DNA of 64,000 nucleotides from Chrysemys picta bellii (GCF_011386835.1 NC_088803.1:20584001-20648000), one strand, 5' to 3'. Counted from the stretch's first letter, positions 50,252-62,504 are shown. Notes: generated by a model not told the origin, from the sequence alone. Numbers and translations are program-made.

Positions 50252-50764
50252 GTGTATGGGATAAATAGACCTCCACGTTATTTAAAAAAAACCCAACAAC
50301 ACTGCCATTCTTATCTCCAGTGCTGTTCCATCTCTCTACTTGTCTATGATTTGCATCCAGTGGGCTTCCTTCTCGTTGCTAGGGGGGCAGGTCTCCACAT
50401 CACAAACCTCAGTTGCAATAGTGCAACGAGTAGATTTCGGAATGGGGACCAATGGCAACACAACTCATTTTAAACACAATCAATGACTTCTACTATGCAC
50501 AGTCAGCTACTGCTAATCTTGGCCACCACTAATTGCAATAGATTTACTTCTGATTTACATTGGGGTGAATGAGAGGCAAATCAGACACAGTGGAGCAACT
50601 CCTGATTTACACTGTGGTGGCTGAAAGGAGAATATGGTCATTAACTACTAATTGCCACTGCTATTGGAAGTATTGGATAATATAAAAATAATTCCCTTGG
50701 GCTCCTTTAAAGATTCCAGACAAAGCCTGACACTCTCCCTCTCTTTCTCTTCCTCTCTTTCTCC

Positions 50765-51008
50765 ATTACATAGATAAGGTGGGGGAGGTAATATCTTTTA
50801 TTGGACCAACTTCTGTTGGTGAGAAACAGACAAGCTTTTGAGCCACACAGAGCTCTTCTTCAGCTCTGGAAGAGATATTCCCAGTATCACAGCAAAATGC
50901 AAGGTGGAATAGATTGTTCTGCATAAGTAGTTAGCACAGATGGTAAGGGGCCATTCAATGTTAGTGGTTTAGAGATTGTTGTAATAAGCCATAAATCCAG
51001 TGTCTCTG
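50765..51008 (-). mobile_element. Penelope-like terminus, second family
   Basis: Shares the ccaacagaagttggtccaataaaagatattacc tail and a decayed hammerhead-like core with the other copies. Confidence 0.7.
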
Positions 51009-51585
51009 ACTTCAATTTTTATTTTTATCACATTGAGAAATAATGTTAATGTTTATTTTTAAGTATTTTTCCAATGTTTATCAATTTAAATTTTCACAGT
51101 TGCACAAAATTATGGATTTTAAGCATTTCTTTATTTTATCAATTAAACTGTTCACAGTTGCAGGAAATTATGAGTGGGGTCAGACAATAAGTGTCAGGCA
51201 ATAATTATTTAATGGCAGAAGACACTGAGATTCAAAAAGTGAAAGTTTTATAACCATTGAAACACAAATAGTCAACATCACATGTAAAAATATACAAAGT
51301 ACATATCTTTAAATCACACTCTCATAAGCTCTCAAGTAGCTTTTTTTTTACTTTGCTTATCTGTAAATGTCAATTACTACCGATGGAAATATTTTTTGTC
51401 GTTTTGTGTGTGTGTGTGTGTGTGATGGAATCTTTATTTTCCAATATTAAAAAATAAAAATCTAATCCTTCCAAGACTAAATATATGGGGACTATAATCC
51501 TAAAGATATCTTAATTAAGGGCATGTATACAGATGAACATATATACATTATGTGTCTGATTTTCAAAGGAGTATGAGTGAGTTAG

Positions 51586-52314
51586 AGAGACAAGGTAGGT
51601 TAGGTAATATCTTTTACTGGACCAGCTTCTGTTGGTAAGAGAGACAAGTTTTTGAACTTACATGGAGCTCTTCAGGTATGGGAAAGATACTCTGAGTGTC
51701 ATAGCTAAATGCAAAGTGGAACAGATTGTTTAGCATAAGTAGTTAACACGTATTTCAAGGGACCATTCAAGGTGAATTGGACTATCAACACCCCTTCAGT
51801 CACTGGGGGAAAGTAAGGAGGAGGGAGTGAGTTAGGATGGAACCGGGGTTAGTGGATTAGAGATTGATGTAATAAGCCATAAATTTAGTGTCTCTATTCA
51901 ATCTTTTCAAATGACGAGCCAGGAGCTTAAATTCATAACTTTGCTAGACACTAAAAATCATTGGCAGAATACAGATATTGGATTTACAACAATCTATAAC
52001 CCACTAGCAACTGCCTCCCGGCGGCCTTTCCTGCTTCCACTTCCTTCTCCCCCTATGACTGGAGGGGTGTTAACGGGCCACTTCACCTTGAAGGGTCCCT
52101 TGAAATACGTGTTAAATACTTATATCCAACAATCTGTTCCACTTTGCATTTCGCTGTGATGCTCAGAGTACCTTTCCCAGACCTGCAGAAGAGGTCTGTG
52201 TAAACTCAAAAGCTTGTCTCTCTCCCCAATAAAAGCTGGTCTAATACAAATATTACCTCACCCACCTTGTCTCTCTAATATCCTGTTACCGACACAGCTA
52301 CAACACTCCATATA
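51586..52314. mobile_element. Penelope-like insertion: inverted truncated terminus + sense 3' end
   Basis: ~300-bp imperfect inverted arms; 10-bp TSD AGTGAGTTAG (51576-51585 / 52315-52324). 51911-52000 encodes ELKFITLLDTKNH, resembling a Penelope ORF C-terminus as recalled. Confidence 0.8.
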
Positions 52315-52514
52315 AGTGAGTTAGGCATCAAACTTCCATAGGCTTTCCACGGCTTGCAGACCTCTAATTCCCTAGGTCCTTTCGAGAATCCCAGGCTATT
52401 TAAAGTTATGTATGGATAAATTCATCCGTACATAATTTCAATATAGGTCTAATCCAGATTTACATTTCAGAAACAAAATGGGGAACACTTCAGAAGTACA
52501 CCTTTGCAATAGAA

Positions 52515-52795
52515 GGAAAACTTGCCTTAACCTTGTATATTATCAGAACAAAGTTCAAGCCACTTCTGTGTACGCAGCCCTAATCAAACTTGGAGTAGCT
52601 GGATAGCAGAGTAGATATGAAGAGCAGAGTTTAGTTCCAGCTACATGAAGTATGCTGGTACACGTATTTATGTGCCTCTTTATTTATCTTCAGTGTCCCT
52701 CGAGAACTGATCTGAAAATTACACCTGCATCCCAATGGAAGCAATCACACAAAGAACAAACACATTTTTTCCATGTGTTTTCTCAGTGAGATCAA
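52515..52795 (-). promoter_or_regulatory. Candidate OR promoter module, copy upstream of OR6Y1-like gene
   Basis: Collinear similarity to 59272-59560: exact 23-mer TCCCAATGGAAGCAATCACACAA (52730-52752), O/E-like TCCCTCGAGA (52696-52705), AATTA (52717-52721). Confidence 0.45.
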
Positions 52796-52869
52796 GAATA
52801 GGGACCACTGAAGGCTTCTGAGATAAGCTAAAAATCAAATAAGTAAGATCTGATTTTCCTCAAACGTTT

Positions 52870-53037
52870 GCACCGTTGCTGTAGATGTATTGGTTCCAGG
52901 ATATGAGAAAGACAAGGTGGGTGAGTTAATATCTTTTGTTGGATCAACTTCTGTTGGTGAAAGAGACAAGAGCTTGTCTCTTTCGCCTACAGAAGTTGGT
53001 CCTATAAAAGATATTACCTCACCCACCTTGTCTCTCT
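52870..53037. mobile_element. Penelope-like tail in imperfect hairpin arrangement
   Basis: Arms ~52905-52970 and 52973-53037 centred on aaagagacaag-ag-cttgtctcttt. Confidence 0.75.
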
Positions 53038-54465
53038 CCTCACTCAGTTTCACAATGCTGTAACTACACTGACTTCAAAATTTCCTCAGCTTTGCAAAAG
53101 TTACAGAGTGGTGGCATTAGCCAGTTTTATTGTTCCTATTGCTGCTCATTCCAATGTTGCAGAAGTTTTGATAAGTTACAATGTGGAAAAAGAGAAGAAA
53201 AATAAAAGGAAAAAGTAGCAAACAAAAAAAAACACAACCTAAAAATGGATTTACTAGTTAAAAAATAAAAAGGTGGGTTTTAAAAAATCCAAAATGTACA
53301 AAAAGTGAAACAAAATGAAAATGTTCAGCTCATAAGGAAATTGAACAAATATTGTTTCAAATAGGAATATCCTGTAGAAAAACGTTTTAAAAAATATTCA
53401 GAAATGACATTTTCATTTGAAAAAGTTTATTTTTGATGAAACCCCATTTCTTGGTGGAAAAAAATATGAAAAATGTTCAGCCAGCTCTAACTCCACTACA
53501 GTTACTCCTGATTTACACAGAGGTGAGTGAGAGGAAAAGCACCCCCAGTTATTTCAAAGAAGTTACTCCTGCTTTACTTTGAGGTGAGCGAGCGAAGTTT
53601 CAGACTCATTGACTCATATGGAGTTACTCCTGATTTATACCAGGGTAAGTGAGAAGGGAATCAGTGCCTTATAAACAGTGTGACTGGGCACATTACAAAT
53701 GCATACCTCGACTGATATATCGATGCTAGCTAGAGATTATTAGACAGTTGTGGACAGAAGGAGTGGCAGAAAAATGAATGGCATGGTTAGACAGATGAAT
53801 AATAGCTCATAGACTTCATAGACATGTTAAGGAGAAGATTTTCAATCCACCATGGGCATTTAGACACCCAATTCTTATTTAAATGAGTGAGAATAGGCCA
53901 ATCTAATACCTTCAGTAGCATTGAAATCTCAGCCTACATGAATAGACGGAGGGCTATATATGGCAATAGACAGCTAGACAAGCAGAGAGACAGAGTCCTG
54001 CAACTCTACATTTCCCGTTGCACTACTGGTTATGTCCTGCCCTGGTGAGTAAATTCAACTGGATATCATTGAGTTGCTCTGTTCCCATAACTGCCACGGT
54101 GCTGCAGTGTGTGATTCACTCCCATCAAAACCCACAGGGGGCACTGAAATTCCATGCCTAAAGATGGCATTTCAAATGTGCCCAACTCGGCTCCCATCAA
54201 GGCCAATGAAGGCTTTGCCACTGAAACAGTGTTAGGCCACCACTGAACACCTTCATAAATCCCCTCCTGATGTGGTCCAGGGAAGAAAACCTGAGGCTGA
54301 ATGATCTCCATCATTCCCTCAGGTAGCATAGATGAAATATTGTTGCCTATCTGGTCCCAACTGAAGTAACCTGGTTCTGAAATCCATCTGCCTCTGCTTA
54401 AAGGTCCAGCCAAAATATTCTGCTTAATACAGTGACTGGGATTTCCTAAAAAGAGCCCAAGAGGA

Positions 54466-54607
54466 ATAAGGTGGGTGAGGTAATATATTTTATTGGACCA
54501 ACTTCTGTTGGAGATAGAGACAAGGAGTTGGTCCATTAAAAGCTATTACCTCACGCACCTTTTCTCTCTAATATCCTGGGACTGACACGGTTATAGCAAC
54601 CCTGCAT
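54466..54607. mobile_element. Penelope-like tail pair, inverted, internally deleted
   Basis: ggtgggtgaggtaatat...ggaccaact followed by agttggtccattaaaagctattacctcac. Confidence 0.7.
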
Positions 54608-54786
54608 CCCCAGGAGGAATAGGCATTCAACTCTCATTGACTTTCCTACTCTTAGTCCAGTGCCTTATCCTGAAAACCATAATACCTCCATGAAACCTGA
54701 TATCTAGACTGATTACAAAGTCTCTCATGTGTCCAGACAGGACTTTTAAATAAATGGAATAATAAGTCATAATATTAATTAGAGAT

Positions 54787-55566
54787 TGTGATGAAATGGG
54801 GGGTCTTAATGATTTGTATGAATATTGTGTGCATGCCTCAGTTTCCCTTATGTGTTGCATGATTAACCAGGCAGTGGGATAACAATGTTTGATCTTTATA
54901 GAGACCCTTACATGATTGGGTCTGACTGTGGGTTAGCTGCTAGGACCCCAGACAATGGCCTCATATTTTGTAACTTAGCAACTGATGGCCAGGGACAGAG
55001 GGGCAACTTCTACAAGAAGCCAGCCAGGAGAAGAAAGAGAGAGAGAGGTGGAGGCCAGGTGACAAGCTTTGCCTGGGAAACTCAACAAAGGATGGAGGGA
55101 CAACTGGACATGACTGAGGGTGGGTTGTTGGAAGTGAATCCATCATCTGGTTTTGGGGGCTGTACGGGGGAGCCAGGGGGCTCTGGGTTTACTCAAGATG
55201 GGTTTTACTGTAACTTTCTGGCTTTTGTGCTAACAAAGAACTTTCCTACACTGTTTTCCAGACAACTAATAAACCTTCTGTTTTACAGCACTGGCTGTGG
55301 CTGGGAGACACTGCTAACTGCGGAAGTTGGAGGTGTGTGGCCCCTTTGGGGGTGTGTAAGGCTTCCCCAAGAGTCCTATCCATGTGGATTGACTGGGGGG
55401 AGCCCACAGCATGAAACAGAGGTGCTGAACACTCCCAGGTCTGTCCCAGGAGGCACTGAAGCCAAGGAGGCTTACCCTAGTGAAAGTGCACTGTGTGGCG
55501 TTGTCACACTGAAGAGGGTACTGATTGAGAGCTGTTCCAGAGCACCAAACCTGTGCACCCATGACA
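54787..55566. mobile_element. Probable solo LTR, 780 bp
   Basis: TG...CA termini with 5-bp flanks GAGAT/AAGAT (1 mismatch); LTR-like length. Confidence 0.65.
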
Positions 55567-56559
55567 AAGATTAACATTTAAAAAAAATGATTTACTTAAT
55601 ATATGTATATATGGTTACAGCTTGCCATTTGTTTGTACGTATTCATGTTTCACAAAATAATTCCCATAGGTAATTTGTGGTCTGTAGACAATGTGAGACT
55701 TTTACATTGAAGTACGAGATATCTTTGGTAGCTTTGACTGATAGTACAGGCCACATGATATTGCTTGCTACAGCTGGTTGAAAAATGCCAATTATTTTTC
55801 ACTGGAAATTTTTTTAAATACTTTCCAGTGAAATTTTGGGGGGACTTTGCTCAAGAAGAAAGAGCAAAAACGGGAAATGTTCAAATTTCTAAAATTATTT
55901 TCAGTAAAATAACTTATCTGGTAAAATTTTCAATTTTGTGGAAAAATCTTATTTTTAATTGAAAAACTAGGGTTTTTTTTTTATATTTAAAAAAAAAACA
56001 TTTTCCAGTTTCAGATTTTTTGGTTGAAAAAACAGAACATTTAGACCAAAATACAAAAAAATGTTGTTTTGTTATTTATCATTAATCGTGTTTATTATGG
56101 TAGCGTCCATGAATCAGCCAAGATCAGGACCCCGTTGTGCTCAGTTCTGCATAAACACAGATTAGCAGACAGTCCCTTGCAATCTAAAGAACAACAAGCA
56201 AATCAATCAATAGGATGGCGGCAAACGTCATGTGAGTGCCACCATTTCTTTCTTCCTTGGGTGAGTTTAATTAGGAGGGTATTAGCAAAATGGAAAGACA
56301 AGGGAAGGGAGAAGGAACAGGTGGATAGAACAGGGAAAATGTCCGGGAGGAAAATATGAGGGGCAGGTGCAGAATGAAGCTGAGGTTAAGAGACTGTGAG
56401 ATGGTGGGAAGGGAAGAGGGTGTTAGAACAAACTATGTCGGAATTGTAGGATAGAGACATGGGAACAATGCATGGGTTGCTGTGTCCCCAGAGAACACAA
56501 GGACTTGATGGTGCTACTGCATGCTCAAGTTGAAGTTCTGCTCATATTGATAGGCTTTA

Positions 56560-56655
56560 ATAGATTCTGAGATTTTAAGGCCAGAAGGGCCCATCATGAT
56601 CATCTAGTTTGACCTATGGCATAACACAGACCAGAGATTTTCATCCAGCGATCCC
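56560..56655 (-). mobile_element. CR1 3' end fragment
   Basis: atagattctgagattttaaggccagaagggcccatcatgatcatctagtttgacc. Confidence 0.7.
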
Positions 56656-56715
56656 TGAGTTGAGTTCAATTTTATTTTTTCCATTTTCTTCCTTCCCCAC
56701 GCCCTCCATTTCTAA

Positions 56716-57658
56716 CTAAGTGTACTGATGTTTCTGCAGTGGAACTCCTTTTCTGATCAAAGTCTTCTTCGGGGCCTCTTTGACCTCCTTGTTCCTCAGA
56801 CAGTAGATGATGGGGTTGAAGAGTGGGACAACAATGTTGGTGTTTGTTGGTGTTGTGGGATGGAAGGCCCTGGGGCTGGATGTAGATGAAAATGCTGGCT
56901 ACATAGAAGATAACGACCACAATGAGGTGTGATGCGCAAGTGGAGAATGCTTTCTGGTGGCCCCGTGTGGAGGGGATGTGGAGAATGGTGGAGAAGATAC
57001 AAGCATAGGAAAGGATTATTACAGAGAGGGGAATCAGCAGGATAAACAGGACAGCAACAAAATCTGCCAGTGCTGCCTGGGTCATGTCTGTGCAGGCTAA
57101 GTTCAAGAGAGGGGACACATCACAGAAGAAATGGTTGATGACATTGGGACCACAGTACGTCAGCTGAGATATAAGAAACACCTTCCATGCAGAGATGAAG
57201 AAGCCGCAGAGCCAGGACCCAGCTGCCATGCGGATACATAGAGCCTGGCTCACAATGGCCAGGTAACCAAGTGGGTTGCAGATGGCAACATACCGGTCAT
57301 AGGCCATGACGGCCAGGAGGATGCACTCAGTGTTCCCCAAGCCTAGGAAGAAATAGAGCTGCGTCATACAGCCTGTGAAGGAAATGTGTTTGCTCCCTGA
57401 CACAAAGTTGACCATAGTCTTGGGCACGGTGACTGTGATGTACCAGATTTCCAGGAAGGACAGGTTACTCAGGAAGAAGTACATGGGACAGTGGAGGTGA
57501 CAATTCACCCGGATCATCATGATGATGATGACATTTTCTAGCACTACTAAGGTGTAGGCAATGAGAAAGCTCATGAAGAAGAGGAGCTGCAGATGAGGAG
57601 CTACGGGGAACCCTTGGAGAATGAATTCTGTGTCACTGGTTTGATTTCTCATCTCCAT
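56716..57658 (-). pseudogene. OR6A2: OR family 6, OR6A2/rat I7-like, frameshifted in TM7
   Basis: [41 protein letters not shown] and IFY.ASIFIY match I7/OR6A2 as recalled. After NTNK the LVSVLYx segment is missing. [21 protein letters not shown] resumes in another frame, ending at TAG 56716-56718. The 328-aa ORF in the track is the frameshifted read-through. Confidence 0.88.
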
Positions 57659-58817
57659 GTCTAGCAGCCAGCTCTGTAATAAATAAATATATAATCAGAA
57701 CAACAACATATTTACTACTAGTGATTATCAGTATGTTATCTATCGATCAATTGATTTATCCCCTTATACACACATCTATCAACCAATCAACCTATCTGCC
57801 AATCTAATTCCATATTTCTCTCTCTCTCCCACTGTCTTTTTACATTTTATTTTCAATCTTTTTCACACTATAGATAATGCTTATGCTAATCAGTGAGATT
57901 TTCAAAAGTGGTTAAGTGGCTTACTATTAAAAATTGCATTGAAATTCAATAGCATTTGTGCTCCTAAATTACCTAAGTGTGTTTGGCACCTAACCTGCTT
58001 AAGCGGTTTTTAAAACCCCACTCGGTGCCGAGCTGCATCTTTAGGTCCCTAAATACCTTTGAGAATCTGGCCCTTATGCATATTTGAAAAGCAAAACTAA
58101 TAATAATACTGGGTGTCCTTCGTGCTTATGTCGACGCTGGTGAAGAATATATGACTTTAGTATGTAATAATGATGAAACCAGTACACAGGTCATTACTTA
58201 AAGATTTGAACTGAAGAAAAGGGATAGTCTCTAGGCACTATTGTAGCATAAATATTGTAGCATAAAAACAACAATGATAATTGTCTATATGTTTGTACAG
58301 AGCCTATTACAATGGAGACCAGAACAAGTTGTACTCTAGGAGTTACTAAAATTAATATAAAAGACAGATTTGCATCCAGGGAGTGAGGGAGTAAAGGAAT
58401 GCAAGGAGCCAAAATATTACCTTGCACTGGATACCTGTACCAACCTTCTACTCAGTCATTACTTAGTCAATCAAGTTGCTAGTTGGATTCAATAGGTATG
58501 TTTACATTGCAAAAACAAACAAACCAACCCAAACCTGCAGCAGCAAGTTTCAGAGTTTGGATCTGCAGACACAGGCTCATGCTATGGTGCAAAAAATAGC
58601 TGTGCAGACATTTGGGCTTGGGCTGGACCTCCATTGTGTGACATGTACTAAAGAGAGTGGATTGTCTTGCTGTGATCTGTATGACACTTCTTAAATAAAT
58701 GATCAACATTCATTTGATTTCATTTGAAGAATCTGAGCTAATTATATTTTGACTGATCTTTTAATTGCATCTCTTAACCAATTTGTACAAAATAAGAAAT
58801 TTAAGAAAGACCTCTAT

Positions 58818-58894
<77 letters not shown>

Positions 58895-59271
58895 CTACAG
58901 ACCGTACAGTCATCACCATCAAAATCTCTATCTCTCCCCTCATTATTCCTCGCACTGTCTAATCTCTATTTTAATGCACTCAGCATCCTAGTAACTAGAC
59001 ATTCTCCATGTATACATGTCATCTATGTATACATTTCTAAAATGTTTCCCTTACACCTCCTGGAATGTGATACCTTTTGGAAGGTTTTGTAAGAAGGCTA
59101 GCAAAGTTGCCAACTTTCCCATAAAGAGTTCCCTTAAATAGGGAAGTGTCGAGAAAGAAGACACATTTTGATGAAATACTTTTCATCAGCTCCACAACTC
59201 ATTCTGTAAAACACTACTCGGTATTCTATGGGAAAACATATTCTTATTGTAAAGATAACAATTAGAATAAA

Positions 59272-59560
59272 AATCAACTTGCCCTTAACAGATATGACTC
59301 TTCCCAATGGCTTTATGTAGCTTGGAGTGTTTAAAGTGCAGAGAGGATGTAAAGAACTGGCAGTGTTCTTTGCCTCATGCTGATGCAGGTGTAGCTAGCA
59401 CATTATCAGCCCTTCTCTGTCCCATGGGAACTGGTCTGTAAATTATCATTACTCTCCCAATGGAAGCAATCACACAAGATAAACAAATATCATCTCACCC
59501 TCCTAGCCATAATGTTCATCAGTCTAGAGAAATCAGCCTATCCTATGTTCTCTCACTGAT
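59272..59560 (-). promoter_or_regulatory. Candidate OR promoter module, copy upstream of OR6A2-like pseudogene
   Basis: Perfect palindromic O/E (EBF) site TCCCATGGGA (59420-59429), AATTA (59441-59445), the same 23-mer at 59455-59477. Confidence 0.45.
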
Positions 59561-60062
59561 CTACTGTGTTACCTTCAGCAGGTTGTTTCCCCTCTGACCC
59601 TTTGTCTGCCTTGTCTATTTAGGTTATATACTCTCCACGACCTCTTGTTCTGTATATACAGCACCTGGCAAATTGTGAGTTGATCTTGCGTGGAGCCTCT
59701 AGGTGCTACTTTAGTAATAATGAAGGGAAAAACAGCTTCTGAGAGAAGCAACAAGCAGCAGTTGAAATGAATTCAAGATAGAATAGTGTGATTGTGGGCA
59801 GGTGTGTAAGACACAGGTAGACGGACACTGGACAGACAAATGGATGCCAGCTGGATAACAGAAGTGCAGATAGACAAATAGATGAGAGAAGTATAAAAAC
59901 AGATAAACCAAGGAGGAAGGGGAAATAGATGCTGTGGTTGAAAGGATGGCTCGTGATGAGGTCTGGGATTTTCAAAGGTGATTAAGGGATTTAGGTGCCC
60001 AACTCCCATTGAAATTTATGTTCCTTAAAAATCTGACTGTACACAGAGAGATGGGGGGAGAG

Positions 60063-60064
<2 letters not shown>

Positions 60065-60106
<42 letters not shown>
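60065..60106. repeat. (GA)n microsatellite
   Basis: Directly visible. Confidence 0.97.
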
Positions 60107-60114
<8 letters not shown>

Positions 60115-61769
60115 ATCTTGTAGACTTAAGGCAAAATTTTCAAAAATGCCTAATGGACAGATTTTCAAAGAATTTAGATCCCAAAAGCTGGAGATAGGCA
60201 CCTGTGGCTCGATTCACAAAGGAACTTAGGTGCCTCAAAAATCACTGGGATTCACAAAGACTGAGTTGGGTACCCAGGTTCCCTCTACAATGAATGGGGA
60301 GAGAGAAGCATCTCAGAATGGTATCCACAAAAGCCAGTACGCTAGGCAGGGAGCCATCTAAGCTAGCCAAAGGGAGATGCCAAGGAGAGGGGTGGTGCTA
60401 AACCTTGCACCACTCAGAGAGTGTGGTGTCTTAATCCAGGCTGCAGGGAGGTACCTATCTCTGTTTGGGATTCTCAGCCATGAACCACCTCCTGTCAGGA
60501 GGAGACTAACTCCCTGAACAGGGATCTGCTAATTCTAGCATGAGGGCCCTAACCTCTGGGCTAGGGGCTATTCTGACATGGGGACCCTAGTCCCGCCTGT
60601 GAAAGCTCTTCCACTGTGGATAATTAAAGCATCCTCAGAGCAGGAGGACTAGATCCTTGGTCTCCCACAGCCCAGGAGAACGCTCCAACCACCAGGCTAC
60701 AGAGTCGGTCTCATGCTCGCAGTCTCTCTCTCGCTCGCTGGTCCATTGATGAATTATTTAGTCAAAGTGGAACAGTTTCAACAATAGCAATTGAGGAAGC
60801 TGCACATCAGATTGTCCCTTAGCCCAGTGGTTAGCACAGTCATCCAGCATGTGGCTGAGCCACCAGCAAATCCCTTCTCTCCATCAAGAAGAGGTGGGCC
60901 TTGAACCAGTGGTCTCCCAGATAAGTGTCAGTCTCAGGAGAACTGCAGCGGTATTGTCCCCTCCACAAGTGCCCAGTCAGGCCCCACCTGCCACCTGTCT
61001 CTGGTCAGGATCCTTGTCCCACTACCTTCTGACCAGGAGATTTTAAGGTTGAACAGCTCCCTGCCTTCCCCTGTGATATCCCAGTCTGTCGAACTGCCAC
61101 AGCTGGCACTTTGCTTTCTCTCTGAGGGCTCTGAATGGTGTATTGCCAGTTACCACCCATCTCTTTCTAAGCAAGTACCTTTAATCCAAAGGCGAAAGCA
61201 TTACAGAGAAACTACAATAAAAACAATAAACAGATTGAAACCCACACTGGGCCTCTAGGCACTTGGACATCTACCATGCAACAATGAGCATGGCCAGAGG
61301 CAGAAACATAGGTGCCTGGGAAACTTTTACTGCAAACATTTAGGTGTCGAGTGATGTTAGGCACCTTCAGGGTTCAGTGGCAGCTGAGCGGGGGTTTTGT
61401 GAATACCAGTGATGCCTACATCTGGGAATTAGGCACCTAAAGTGTCTGTTAAATGAATAAGTCCCTTTGTGAATCTAGCCCAAGGTGCCTAACTCCCATG
61501 ATTTTGGGAGTTAGGCAGCTAAATACCTTTATATATCTGGCCTTAGGTGCCTAAATCTATTTCAATGTTGATTTGGGCCCTCCCTCCCTTCCACTCCTTT
61601 GAAAATTGCAGCCTTAAGACCTTCGGATGGTGGATTGATAGATGGATATCCTTCCCAAGACATCACAGCACCAACGTCATCTACTGATGGATCTTTTTCT
61701 GTTTTCTCATTATGTCTAAATGGCAACATAATGTAGGTGTATGAGCCTCACTTTCAGTCTTAAGGAGTC

Positions 61770-62504
61770 TGTTGTATTAATTTAAATGGAATAAATGGGC
61801 CGAAGGTGTTAACATAACCCAGTCACTGTCCAACATTAAACATGTTAAACAAGTTTTGATACACAGAGACCTCAGCCTGCTCAGTGCCATTGCAAACACA
61901 CCATTAAAACCCCTTTGACCTTTTATGAAAGGTACAGAAAAGAAGGGGAAACAGTTAAAGTCTTTGAAATATAATGTATTAAATAAATCTTTCTTTGAAA
62001 CATCATCCCTTGTTCCCTTTCCCTGGAGCTGGAAAGAGCTTTTCGAAGGAAAAAAAAACCCTTGTTTGACAGTCTCCAAGGTCGTATCAAAGATGGTGAT
62101 AACTGTCCATGGGCTCACAGCCATGATGGAAAAGCTCATTCCAGTAGCCATTTTTCCCCAAAGTTTCTTTTCTGAAGCACCCCAAAAGGGAGTGATGGGT
62201 GGAACACCCCATCCCTTCATTGTTTTTTCTACCAGTCAGTCCTCATTTCTTACATACCAATTTTGTTTCACTGATTTCCACACTTTTCTTGTTTACCAGG
62301 GATAGTCTTAAAACAGTCTCTGCGTTTTAACAGGAGACCTTTTTGTTTGGACTAATTCAGTTTTTCTGATTCCCATTTATACCTTTTCCCATCAATGTTT
62401 CCCCATTGTTATTAGAGGTTATTGTGATATCTTATGATCTTTCACATACTTTTTACAGTTGAGCTCACAATTAGAGTAAATTTTTACGCCTAATTATTAT
62501 AACA
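61770..62504. mobile_element. Probable solo LTR, 735 bp
   Basis: TGTTGTA...ATAACA termini with 4-bp flanks AGTC/GGTC (1 mismatch). Confidence 0.5.

Noticed and set aside
53500-53668. Repeat-spacer-like periodicity suggesting CRISPR
   Set aside because: Eukaryotic context, only three diverged units derived from a MITE arm, no cas genes.
54885-55574. 229-aa ORF
   Set aside because: Lies wholly within a probable solo LTR and its stop runs past the LTR end; no recognisable protein motif.
56672-57658. 328-aa ORF as an intact long OR
   Set aside because: The C-terminal ~55 aa are off-frame; TM7 and NPxxY are in another frame.
61777-62305. 147-aa and 126-aa overlapping antisense ORFs
   Set aside because: Inside a probable LTR; no gag/pol/env motifs.
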